DNA of 43,608 bases from Deltaproteobacteria bacterium (GCA_015233055.1 JADFYN010000005.1:1-43608); one strand, 5' to 3'; positions 9,593 to 17,627 are shown, counted from the stretch's first letter. Notes: generated from the sequence alone by a model not told the origin. A program made the numbers and translations.

Positions 9593-10117
9593 ATGCGCCG
9601 TCACGGTTTGATCCCGATCGTGTTCGGATTAATCTTATTGTTGTCTTTGCCGCTGCTCAATATATCTTGTGGCGGTGATGATAATTCCCTGAATGATTTC
9701 ACTGTCAGTCCCTATTATCCCCGGAATGGCCAAGACCAGGTGGACCTCTTGCCGAACGGCATCTTGGACTTTGCCTGGTCTGTTTATCCTACCAATGTTC
9801 CCTATGGGGCGGTGTATGATCTCCAATGGAGCACGGATCCTAATGTTTTTCTTGATGCCGACGTTATCCCCAATATCAACGGCTATACCCAGGAGGTTCG
9901 TGATCTCCAGCTTAATACTAAATATTACTGGCGGATCAAGATGAAGAACGGACAAGACTCAAAAATGAGCGCAGTCTGGTCATTCATCACCTCGGCAAAC
10001 TACACCAGCACCAGCACCACCAGTACGAGCACCACCTTGACCACGACCACAACGGTCACCTCGTCAACCACCACCGTGTCCACGACCACCACGACCACCT
10101 ACACCACAATCACTTAG
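9593..10117 (+). CDS. putative lipoprotein with FN3-like beta-sandwich domain and Thr/Ser-rich C-terminal tail
   Basis: AGGAGG Shine-Dalgarno. The signal peptide ends LLNISCGG (lipobox-like Cys). YYWRIKMKNG..SAVWSFIT resembles an FN3-type strand pattern. The last ~45 aa are almost entirely Thr/Ser. Confidence 0.75.
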   Translation: MRRHGLIPIVFGLILLLSLPLLNISCGGDDNSLNDFTVSPYYPRNGQDQVDLLPNGILDFAWSVYPTNVPYGAVYDLQWSTDPNVFLDADVIPNINGYTQEVRDLQLNTKYYWRIKMKNGQDSKMSAVWSFITSANYTSTSTTSTSTTLTTTTTVTSSTTTVSTTTTTTYTTIT

Positions 10118-10192
10118 TTGAGAACTCTCCGCCTGCGCCGGTTGCTTATCGCCGCCGGGGGTAGGCTTCTTAACGCAGGTCCGCCATCCGGC

Positions 10193-10377
10193 CTGAACCC
10201 CCAATACTGTTGAATTAAGGTGCGGCTTGACCATCTTCGGATGTGATAAGATTCCTCACATTCGTTCGGAATGACAAATTTACATAGCCATTCCAGATGG
10301 TCTACTTCCCTGTCATTTCGAGCGAAGCGAGAAATCTTAACGCCGCACCATTAATTCAACAGCATTGGACTGAACCC
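10193..10377. mobile_element. MITE-like palindromic element (~170 bp) with terminal inverted repeats and 8-bp flanking direct repeats
   Basis: IR-L 10201-10226 (ccaatactgttgaattaaggtgcggc) matches the reverse complement of IR-R 10342-10368 with 1 mismatch and 1 indel. CTGAACCC flanks both ends (10193-10200 and 10370-10377). A nested internal inverted repeat pairs 10261-10276 with 10311-10326 (14/16). It sits between convergent genes. Confidence 0.5.
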
Positions 10378-10415
10378 CTGGGTTGGTCCGAACACGTTAC
10401 CAACTTGGCTGGGGG

Positions 10416-12944
10416 CTAAAGAGTGGATCCGGCTTCTTGGGCATGGACTTCCAGTTGTCGGAGCAATTTTTTGACTGCCTCCGTATCCGGGCCGGGGGCG
10501 GCCAGGGCGAGGGCGCGTTGGAGGTATTTCCTGGCCAGAACTGGGTCGTATAAGTAGTCGCTATAAATGATCCCCAAATTCTGGTTAGCTCCCTGGTGAT
10601 TCGGGTTGAGATCCAGGGCCAGCCGATATTCTTTTGCGGCAATCCGGTAATCATTTAAGATACTGGCGGCCAAGGCGTAGTTGAAGTGGGTTTCAGGGTT
10701 ATTAGGACAAATATCAACTGATTCGGCAAAGTAGCCCAGAGATTCTTTCGGCCGGTCAGTGTGCAGGTAGCACAATCCCAAGGCATTTAGAACTTCGCTC
10801 AGTTTTTCCTGGGTAGTAATCTGAGTTAATGTCTTTAGATATAATTCTGTCGCCAAATCGAGTTGACCCAGCGTGAAATACAATGTCCCCAGGTTGTAAG
10901 TCGTTTCTTGATGATCCGGATGCAATTTATAAGCCTTAAGCAAGATTTTTTCGGCCTGAGGAAGTTCATACATGGAAATGTACATTGCCCCCAGGCCACT
11001 GAGGACGTCGGCGTCTTCCGGCATCCATCCCAACAACGCCAAATATTCCTTTACGGCGGAGAGGACATCACCCTCAGACTTGTAGATGTCAATTAAGGCG
11101 ATCCGGCCTTCTTTGAAATCGGGTGTGATCTTAATCGCTTTCAAAAAGTTTTCCCTGGCTTGCGAAATCAGCCCCATGTCTTTGTAAGTATGGCCTAACT
11201 CGTCAAAGATTAGATGATTCTTGGGGTTCACCAGGAGGGCCCGACGCAGCACCGCCACGGCTTTCTTTTCGGATCCCAGCGCCACCCACATCCTGGCCAG
11301 GGCAACATACGCGTTGGTTAGCCGCGGCTCATTTTTTATGGCTTTTTCCGCCACCTCAATGGCCTGCCGGGTGTCGCCTTGCTCGTGTATTTCCCACGCC
11401 AGATTGACTAAGGCACCAGCGTTATTAGGGTTCATCTTTAGGGCCTGCTCAAGTATAGCCTTGGCTCGTTGTGGTTGGCCCAGGCGGCTATAGATCAAAC
11501 CCAGATTTGACAAAGCGATGGAATGAGGCTTTACGGATACGGCCTGTTCCGTGGTCCGCCGGGCGTCTTCAACCCGATTTTGGATTAAATAAATGGCTCC
11601 CAGATTGCTCAGTGGACGAAAAAGACCGGAAGATTTAGCGACGTTATCTTCCCAGAAGGCTAACGGGTCGGTCCACATCAGGTTTCTGGAAAAGGTCAGC
11701 CCGGAATAGATGGTCAGGATCAAGACGACCGACGTCAATACCACTTTAAGGCGCCTTGTCACGGCCGGCAACTGGAGCAGTGCATCGGCCAACCCGGCCA
11801 GAAAAAAAATATACCCCACCGACGGCAGATAGACTCGGTGTTCAAAAACAAGATCGGCCAGGGGGATAAAGCTGGACTCGGGCGATAACGTGATAAAATA
11901 CCAGAAGATGCCAAACGACATTAACCGGTTTCGTTTGGATGACCTGACCGCGAAGATGACCGCACCGAGAATGAGGAGGAAACTCCCCCAGACCCTAAAC
12001 TCGGTTATATTTTTGGCCGGAAGCCAATAATAATCCAATCTAAGCCCGGTGGGCCAGACCAGTAGTTTAAGGTAATATATGATTATTTCAAACTGGCTTA
12101 TCAAATAATTAAATGGTTTAACGCTGATCGTCCCGGAAGCCGCAGAAGCCTCCTTTAGTCCCACTCCGACGGATGGACCATAATTAAAATGGAACTGGAG
12201 CCAGATAACGTACCCAATGGTTGAAAACAGCGCCAGGTGAACCCATTTCCGCCTGGCCAGGCGTGACAGGTCCCATCTGGAGACGAAAAACAAATCATAC
12301 AATAAAATCATAGCCGGGGCAGTAATGGCGATCTCTTTGCTCCCCATGGCCAGCAGCAAGCTAGACCAGGAACCCAGGTAATAAAGCCGGCTTCGGTAGC
12401 CTTCCCGGCGCTCCACTCCAGCCATAAACAATGCCAGGCCGGCCAAATAAAACATGGTGGCCAGGCCGGTCATGCGACCCTGGACGATGTAGGTAATGGC
12501 CTGGGTATGGACCGGCAGGACCATGAAAAGCAGAGTCAGGATAACCGCGACCCAGTCCCGCCGGCTTCCCAACCGCTCCAGCAGTCCTTCCCGGTAAATC
12601 GTTTTAACCAAGATGTGGAAAAAAATGAATCCGGTAATCAAGTAGATGGCCAGGTTAGTGAGATGATACCATTTTACATTCAGGTAGGCTGTTTGGTAAT
12701 TCAACCAGGAGACCAGATCGGCCACCGGCCGGTTGGAGAAGAAGAAATCCTTCAAGCTTCCCGGATTATAGATTATGGCCTTATCGCAGATGTTTGTTAT
12801 ATCATCAAATATAAATGGGACGTTGAAAGACGGGGCGTAAGCAATGGCGGCCAAGAGGGTGATCAGGGTATACGGGAGGAATATGGAAAATCTACTTGTC
12901 AATGCTCTTGCTTTTGGGAGCAGCTTCTTTTTCAATGTCGACAT
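10416..12944 (-). CDS. TMTC/PMT-like polytopic membrane protein (DUF1736-type putative glycosyltransferase) with C-terminal TPR array
   Basis: The N-terminal ~450 aa has many TM helices and the motif PFIFDDITNI in the first loop (the F-x-DD motif of the TMTC/DUF1736 family). The C-terminal ~390 aa is made of consecutive TPR repeats. Confidence 0.85.
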   Translation of the reverse strand: MSTLKKKLLPKARALTSRFSIFLPYTLITLLAAIAYAPSFNVPFIFDDITNICDKAIIYNPGSLKDFFFSNRPVADLVSWLNYQTAYLNVKWYHLTNLAIYLITGFIFFHILVKTIYREGLLERLGSRRDWVAVILTLLFMVLPVHTQAITYIVQGRMTGLATMFYLAGLALFMAGVERREGYRSRLYYLGSWSSLLLAMGSKEIAITAPAMILLYDLFFVSRWDLSRLARRKWVHLALFSTIGYVIWLQFHFNYGPSVGVGLKEASAASGTISVKPFNYLISQFEIIIYYLKLLVWPTGLRLDYYWLPAKNITEFRVWGSFLLILGAVIFAVRSSKRNRLMSFGIFWYFITLSPESSFIPLADLVFEHRVYLPSVGYIFFLAGLADALLQLPAVTRRLKVVLTSVVLILTIYSGLTFSRNLMWTDPLAFWEDNVAKSSGLFRPLSNLGAIYLIQNRVEDARRTTEQAVSVKPHSIALSNLGLIYSRLGQPQRAKAILEQALKMNPNNAGALVNLAWEIHEQGDTRQAIEVAEKAIKNEPRLTNAYVALARMWVALGSEKKAVAVLRRALLVNPKNHLIFDELGHTYKDMGLISQARENFLKAIKITPDFKEGRIALIDIYKSEGDVLSAVKEYLALLGWMPEDADVLSGLGAMYISMYELPQAEKILLKAYKLHPDHQETTYNLGTLYFTLGQLDLATELYLKTLTQITTQEKLSEVLNALGLCYLHTDRPKESLGYFAESVDICPNNPETHFNYALAASILNDYRIAAKEYRLALDLNPNHQGANQNLGIIYSDYLYDPVLARKYLQRALALAAPGPDTEAVKKLLRQLEVHAQEAGSTL

Positions 12945-13749
12945 TGCCTTGGATATCCAGATAAAATTTTTGTCCTTTGGGGAGGACGGGAATGGATGGA
13001 ATGATATCGGCGGCGACCAATTCCTCTATATGCCGAGGGGGAATCATAAATCTTTCCTGGTAGACTTTAACTGCCGATTCCAAATAATACATTTTTTGGT
13101 ACTGGTCTAACCTGATTTCGAGATATTTACGAATTTCCTTATCCGTAGTCCTGAGGAGCATACTCTTAAGCAGGACGATGCCGGACGCTGTGTCACGGCC
13201 CTTCTGATACATTTTCGCGGCCAGTCCGGCCAGCCCGGTCCACCCCCCGGGGATTTTGGCGGCTTGACTAAACAAGTCACCTGCCTGCCTGTATTCTTTT
13301 AAGAAGAAATAGTAGTTGAACCCTGCGTAGAAAAGCAAATCCGGGTCCCAGGTGCGATATCCTGCCCCGGAGATCAACAACTGATTGATTCGTCTGATTT
13401 CATCCGGCCCTCTGGAATACCAAACAAACGCCTGGGACAGATAGTATGGGTCAAGAAAATATGGATCGATGGCCACAGTCCGCTCAATCAGAGACATCAC
13501 CTGACCGGCCGTCTCGGGGGTTATCTCTTTGGTCTTGCGGTTACCCAACGTCTCCTGGGCCTGGATGAAGATAATGTCAGACAGTAGTCCACTAAATTCC
13601 AACCTGATGAGTTTAAGAAAATTTTCCGGCGGTAATGGAATGGTGCGTTGGATGTCTTCCGTCTGCTTATAATATACCCTTAACTTCGTCAGGCTTATGG
13701 CTTGAACAGTCAGGAGGATAACGATCAGGATTGCCCACCGCCAGTTCAT
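12892..13749 (-). CDS. membrane-anchored helical-repeat (TPR-like) protein, function unknown
   Basis: It has an N-terminal anchor (WAILIVILLTVQAISL) and helical-repeat-like sequence. Its start overlaps the permease stop (TAATG) and its 3' end overlaps the next gene by 53 nt, so it is part of the operon. Confidence 0.7.
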   Translation of the reverse strand: MNWRWAILIVILLTVQAISLTKLRVYYKQTEDIQRTIPLPPENFLKLIRLEFSGLLSDIIFIQAQETLGNRKTKEITPETAGQVMSLIERTVAIDPYFLDPYYLSQAFVWYSRGPDEIRRINQLLISGAGYRTWDPDLLFYAGFNYYFFLKEYRQAGDLFSQAAKIPGGWTGLAGLAAKMYQKGRDTASGIVLLKSMLLRTTDKEIRKYLEIRLDQYQKMYYLESAVKVYQERFMIPPRHIEELVAADIIPSIPVLPKGQKFYLDIQGNVDIEKEAAPKSKSIDK

Positions 13750-14573
13750 TAGACGAATTCCTTTTTCTTAAAAACAAGATCCGCCAGCCAGAGGCAAACT
13801 GTGGTGTAGACCAGGCCGTAAAGGACAGCCCAGAGAATGTGAGCTGGATCCACCGGTAACCCGTGGGCGGCCTGGAGCTTGAGATCGAACAGGCTGAAAT
13901 CCGGCATGATATAATATAGAATCTGGATAATCAGCTTCATGGTGTCGGAGACCTTTAGGACCTGTTGCCGGGCCAGGACCAGTTCCTGGATATGAGGTAG
14001 AGACTGGCCGATCAAATAGACCATGGAGGTAATGACCATGGCCACAAAAACATGAGATGTCAGGGTGCAAAACAGAAAGCCAACTGCCGTCAGGGTCATT
14101 AACGACACCACCGACATTCCCCAAGCCAGGAAAAAGGTCCACCATGAAAAATTTTTGGCAAAGAACCCCCCGGCCAGAAAGGATTTAATCAGGAGAACAG
14201 ACAAAAATGAGACCAGGCCGATAATGGCCATGGACATAATGATGAGCCCCATCAGCCCGGCGAACTTTCCTAAGAGATACTGGCTTCGGGAAATGGACCG
14301 GCTCAAGATGAGGAAGATGGTTTTCTTATCCAGGTCCTTGCTGATTAGATTGAGTCCGATAAACAAGACCAGGACGAGCCCGGCCAAAGACACGGTGGAT
14401 AGGCCCAAATCAACGGATACCTTCCCCAAATCCCGCATGAAAAAGCTAATGAAGGCGACATTCATAACCATCATCACTACACTGATAATGAAGACGCCGA
14501 TAAGAGCCCGGTCGCGGATACCTTCTTTAAAGGTTATAACAGCCAGGTGGTAGATGTTAGGAAATCGGTTCAT
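13749..14573 (-). CDS. ABC-2 type transporter permease
   Basis: The ATG at 14573 is preceded by GAAGGA, which I prefer over the longer ORF start at 14633. About six hydrophobic segments are visible. It is coupled to the upstream ATPase gene by a 17-nt overlap. Confidence 0.8.
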   Translation of the reverse strand: MNRFPNIYHLAVITFKEGIRDRALIGVFIISVVMMVMNVAFISFFMRDLGKVSVDLGLSTVSLAGLVLVLFIGLNLISKDLDKKTIFLILSRSISRSQYLLGKFAGLMGLIIMSMAIIGLVSFLSVLLIKSFLAGGFFAKNFSWWTFFLAWGMSVVSLMTLTAVGFLFCTLTSHVFVAMVITSMVYLIGQSLPHIQELVLARQQVLKVSDTMKLIIQILYYIMPDFSLFDLKLQAAHGLPVDPAHILWAVLYGLVYTTVCLWLADLVFKKKEFV

Positions 14574-15480
14574 TTTGTCCTTCTGTGACAATCCTGATGA
14601 AGACATCCTCCAGCTCTTCCCGTTCCGGTTCAATAGAGAGAATCATGAACTTAGCGTTGTTGATTTGTTCAATGGTCGGGATAAGATCTTCCTGAGGACA
14701 GAGCAACTCCGGGAATTCCATATTCCCCGTAACAAGGGCCGAAATGCCGGTTAATCCGGACACTGGTCCCTTCAATCGGATGCGATAGCGAAATGCGCCG
14801 TCGTAGAGTTCATCGACCCTTCCCAGATAATGAAGACTACCCCGGTGAATGATGGCCACCCGTCTACACAGCCGACTAACGTCATTAAGAATATGGGAGG
14901 TGAAGAAGACGGTTTTGGACCGGGCTTGCAGTTCGGTGATGATATCAGCCACAATACGACGCCCCAGGGGATCCAGACCATTCATCGGTTCATCCAAAAT
15001 TATCACATCCGGATCGTGAATGATGGCCATGATGAAGCCCATCTTCTGGGTCATCCCTTTGGAAAGAAGCCGTACGGGTTGTGTCATAACTTCTGTCAGA
15101 CTGAGACGCTCCAGTAGCTCCCGGCCCCGGCTGATAACCTGATTGCGGTTTTTTCCGGCTACGCCTGCGGCGAAAGAGATGAGCTCGTTGGGGTTGAGAT
15201 GGTCATAAAGGTAAGGATTTTCCGGTAGAAAGCCGATGCGATGGCGTGCCGCCGGATCACTGCCGGGTTGGCCGAAGATTGTGGCGCGGCCGCTGGTGGG
15301 TTTAATCAGGCCCAGCAATACCTTGATCGCGGTGGATTTTCCGGCCCCGTTTAGGCCGAGAAAACCAAAAACTTCTCCCTCCTCGACGGACAGAGAGAAA
15401 TTGGTCAGGGCCGTAAATGTTTTTTTTCTTAGCCCTGTTTGGTAGACCTTAGTCAGGTTTTCAAATTCGATGGCCACCAT
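14557..15480 (-). CDS. ABC transporter ATP-binding protein
   Basis: Walker A GLNGAGKST, signature LSKGMTQKMGF, Walker B VIILDEP and H-loop FFTSH are all present. Confidence 0.92.
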   Translation of the reverse strand: MVAIEFENLTKVYQTGLRKKTFTALTNFSLSVEEGEVFGFLGLNGAGKSTAIKVLLGLIKPTSGRATIFGQPGSDPAARHRIGFLPENPYLYDHLNPNELISFAAGVAGKNRNQVISRGRELLERLSLTEVMTQPVRLLSKGMTQKMGFIMAIIHDPDVIILDEPMNGLDPLGRRIVADIITELQARSKTVFFTSHILNDVSRLCRRVAIIHRGSLHYLGRVDELYDGAFRYRIRLKGPVSGLTGISALVTGNMEFPELLCPQEDLIPTIEQINNAKFMILSIEPEREELEDVFIRIVTEGQNEPIS

Positions 15481-15603
15481 TTGTCCTGTCTGCCATTAAG
15501 CACACCTGGGAGGACGCAGAAATTTCTATGAAAGGCATGTGGCTGTTTTTGGGGTCAAAGGTTATTTGGATTCATGGGCCGAGCCCGTGATCCAGATAAA
15601 GTT

Positions 15604-15646
15604 CAACCAACCTACCTCCGGTTGAGCTGCGGAAGCAGGTTGGTTG
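15604..15646. other. Perfect 10-bp stem-loop between the small secreted-peptide gene and the ABC operon
   Basis: CAACCAACCT (15604-15613) pairs with AGGTTGGTTG (15637-15646). A further 4-bp inner stem (TCCG/CGGA) forms inside the loop. There is no U tract on either strand. Confidence 0.5.
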
Positions 15647-15698
15647 TAACGTCGATCTTGACTTAATTTTATCAAAACACGCCGGCAACGAGAGGCTA

Positions 15699-15914
15699 TC
15701 AACCGGTAGAACTTGTCGAAGAGACCGCCGTAGGGACGGTTCCCTTGCTGCACGTCACATACCAAAGTGTGGGCGAGGATGTAGTACACTTCCAGTTTTT
15801 AGTCCCATCCGTATGGGCGCCGCTGATGCCATAGCCCAGATTTTGAGAAAAAACAAAGGTGGCAAGCCCGGCCAACAAGCCGATGATGGTCAGAACCATT
15901 GTTAATTTTTTCAT
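15699..15914 (-). CDS. small secreted protein (71 aa) with Ser/Thr-rich tail
   Basis: The ATG at 15914 is preceded by AGGAGGG. It has a signal peptide (MKKLTMVLTIIGLLAGLATFVFS) and a mature part of ~47 aa with 2 Cys, ending TAVSSTSSTG. It lies directly downstream of pilin copy 1. Confidence 0.5.
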   Translation of the reverse strand: MKKLTMVLTIIGLLAGLATFVFSQNLGYGISGAHTDGTKNWKCTTSSPTLWYVTCSKGTVPTAVSSTSSTG

Positions 15915-15977
15915 TTGCACCCTCCTATAGTTAAGGCTGAATACCGTGATTTCTGAAAAGCTCAAGCTGGAACATCG

Positions 15978-16304
15978 TTAGTTGCCAAGCACAAGCTGGA
16001 CACCCTTAGAAATTTGGAAATTCCGAGCCGGGTTCGGACAACCAGCCGTGGGGGTGGTCAGAGCCATGGTATTCGGACCGGTGGTCACCGCAACTGCGTT
16101 GGGGTAAGAGTCGCAGTCGGCATAGATAGCTTCACATTCAGTCTGGAGGTTCCGCACGTCGCTTTCCGCGGCGGCATTGTTGGCGCTGATTTTGTAAGCC
16201 GCGAATTGGGGGATGGCGATCGCCGCTAAGATACCGATAATGGCGATAACGATCATCAATTCGATCAAGGTAAAACCCTTGTGGTTCTTGACTTTTGTCA
16301 TCAT
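15978..16304 (-). CDS. pilA: type IV pilin (prepilin-type N-terminal cleavage/methylation domain), copy 1
   Basis: AGGAGG Shine-Dalgarno. The leader MMTKVKNHKG is followed by FTLIELMIVIAIIGILAAIAIPQF, the class III signal with Gly-1, Phe+1 and Glu+5. Confidence 0.9.
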   Translation of the reverse strand: MMTKVKNHKGFTLIELMIVIAIIGILAAIAIPQFAAYKISANNAAAESDVRNLQTECEAIYADCDSYPNAVAVTTGPNTMALTTPTAGCPNPARNFQISKGVQLVLGN

Positions 16305-16461
16305 TGTTGGTCCTCCTGAATTCTGTTGTTAAATTCTTTGTCTAACATTATCGACAACAATCACCAGACTTTTATCACCCCCCTTAGTCTTTGCATTGAA
16401 TAACTTAAAAGAATATCTGCACGCAGAAATCTTTTTTTGACTCTATTTGCTTTATTATATC

Positions 16462-16477
16462 TGCAGGAAGTGTGCCA
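16462..16477 (-). promoter_or_regulatory. sigma54 (-24/-12) promoter of pilin copy 1
   Basis: The minus strand reads TGGCACACTTCCTGCA against the consensus TGGCACG-N4-TTGCW. GG and GC have the correct spacing. It lies ~150 nt upstream of the ATG. Confidence 0.7.
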
Positions 16478-16615
16478 TCGTCAAGTCAACGGCAGGAAAA
16501 AACAAACCTGGGTAAATTCGTCGTTAGAACATCCTATTACAGGAACGAAGAAACCGATCGACCAAGTTTTGTCCACCTGCCCTTATGCGCTTTGAACAAA
16601 AAATGGAACCTGACT

Positions 16616-16628
16616 GACAAAATTTGTC
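16616..16628. promoter_or_regulatory. perfect palindrome GACAAA-A-TTTGTC, candidate enhancer-binding-protein (PilR-type) site
   Basis: It lies ~140 bp upstream of the sigma54 promoter, inside a ~60-bp block conserved between the two pilin upstream regions. Confidence 0.45.
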
Positions 16629-16893
16629 ACCTTCTCCGGCGTCCCCTTGAAAATGACCTATATTTCCTCTCCGCCGGCTCCGCAAAAATATAACATGGCA
16701 ATATGTTTGCGGTAAAAAGCAATGCGCAGAGGAAATGGAGAACCCAGCGAGAAATTTTAACGTGTTTATGGTATTTCTAAGGAAGGAGACGAGGATTTGG
16801 CGTGCGGCACTGGTGTTAATTCTTTCAGTTGGACAATACCAATAGCTAAGGCTGAATACCACCAGTTCGGGAAAGATTCCGTCCATAACACTA

Positions 16894-17220
16894 TTAGTTG
16901 TAAAGCGCTAACGTGACATTTCTGGACAATTGGAACTGCCGGGGGGGCGAGGGACAGGTTGCATCAGGCGTTGTCAGGGGCATGGTCGCCGGTCCGGTGG
17001 TTGCCGCAACTGCATTTGGGTAAGAGTCGCAGTCTGCAAAGATGGCTTCACATTCAGTCTGGAGGGTCCGCACGTCGCTTTCTGCAGTGGCATTGTTGGC
17101 ACTGATCTTGTAAGCCATGAATTGAGGAATGGCAACCGCCGCCAAAATACCGATGATGGCGATAACGATCATCAATTCGATCAAGGTAAAACCCTTGTGA
17201 CTCTTGACTTTTGTCATCAT
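16894..17220 (-). CDS. pilA: type IV pilin, copy 2 (tandem paralogue)
   Basis: MMTKVKSHKG/FTLIELMIVIAIIGILAAVAIPQF. It is the same length (108 aa) as copy 1, with three Cys at the same positions. Confidence 0.9.
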   Translation of the reverse strand: MMTKVKSHKGFTLIELMIVIAIIGILAAVAIPQFMAYKISANNATAESDVRTLQTECEAIFADCDSYPNAVAATTGPATMPLTTPDATCPSPPRQFQLSRNVTLALYN

Positions 17221-17377
17221 TGCCGGTCTCCCTGAATTGAATCGTTAAGTTATTTTTCTAAAAATATTGCCAACAATTACCGGACCTTTATCATCCCCCT
17301 TGTCTCCGACGCGAATAACGCCAGAAGTGTCCGGCTGACAAAAGTCTTTTTTTCACCTTTCGTTTGCCTTTTGTAGT

Positions 17378-17393
17378 TGCAGGAAGCGTGCCA
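17378..17393 (-). promoter_or_regulatory. sigma54 (-24/-12) promoter of pilin copy 2
   Basis: The minus strand reads TGGCACGCTTCCTGCA. It is exactly 916 bp from the copy-1 promoter. Confidence 0.7.
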
Positions 17394-17531
17394 TAATCAG
17401 GCCAACGGTGCAGAAACGCAAACCAGGTAGATTCGTCGTTAGGCCATCCTAATTAGATGAACGCAGGATCTGTTGGGCCACGGTTTGCCCGCCTGCCCCT
17501 ATGCGCTTTGAACAAAAATGGGAACCCGGCT

Positions 17532-17544
17532 GACAAAATTTGTC
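17532..17544. promoter_or_regulatory. second copy of the GACAAAATTTGTC palindrome (candidate UAS)
   Basis: It is identical to 16616-16628 and again offset by 916 bp. Confidence 0.45.
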
Positions 17545-17597
17545 ACCCGCTGGGGCGTTCCTATGAAGATGATCAATATTCCTCCTCGGACGATGGA

Positions 17598-17627
17598 TTG
17601 ACAAAACAAATACCCGCGGACCATAAT
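17598..17627 (+). promoter_or_regulatory. candidate sigma70 promoter for the methyltransferase pair
   Basis: TTGACA (17598-17603), an 18-nt spacer, then CATAAT (17622-27), ~115 nt upstream of the ATG at 17741. Confidence 0.35.

Larger units (their letters stand above)
15930..17600 (-). repeat. Tandem duplication (period ~916 bp) of the pilin gene, its 5' UTR, sigma54 promoter and upstream palindrome
   Basis: The start codons (16304/17220), promoters (16477/17393) and palindromes (16628/17544) are all offset by exactly 916 bp. The downstream 13-mer (15944/16859) is offset by 915 bp. Confidence 0.85.

Noticed and set aside
16524-16886. 120-aa minus-strand ORF between the two pilin genes, and 16472-16693 on the plus strand
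   Set aside because: They lie within the duplicated pilin regulatory region. The equivalent region upstream of copy 2 does not preserve the reading frame.
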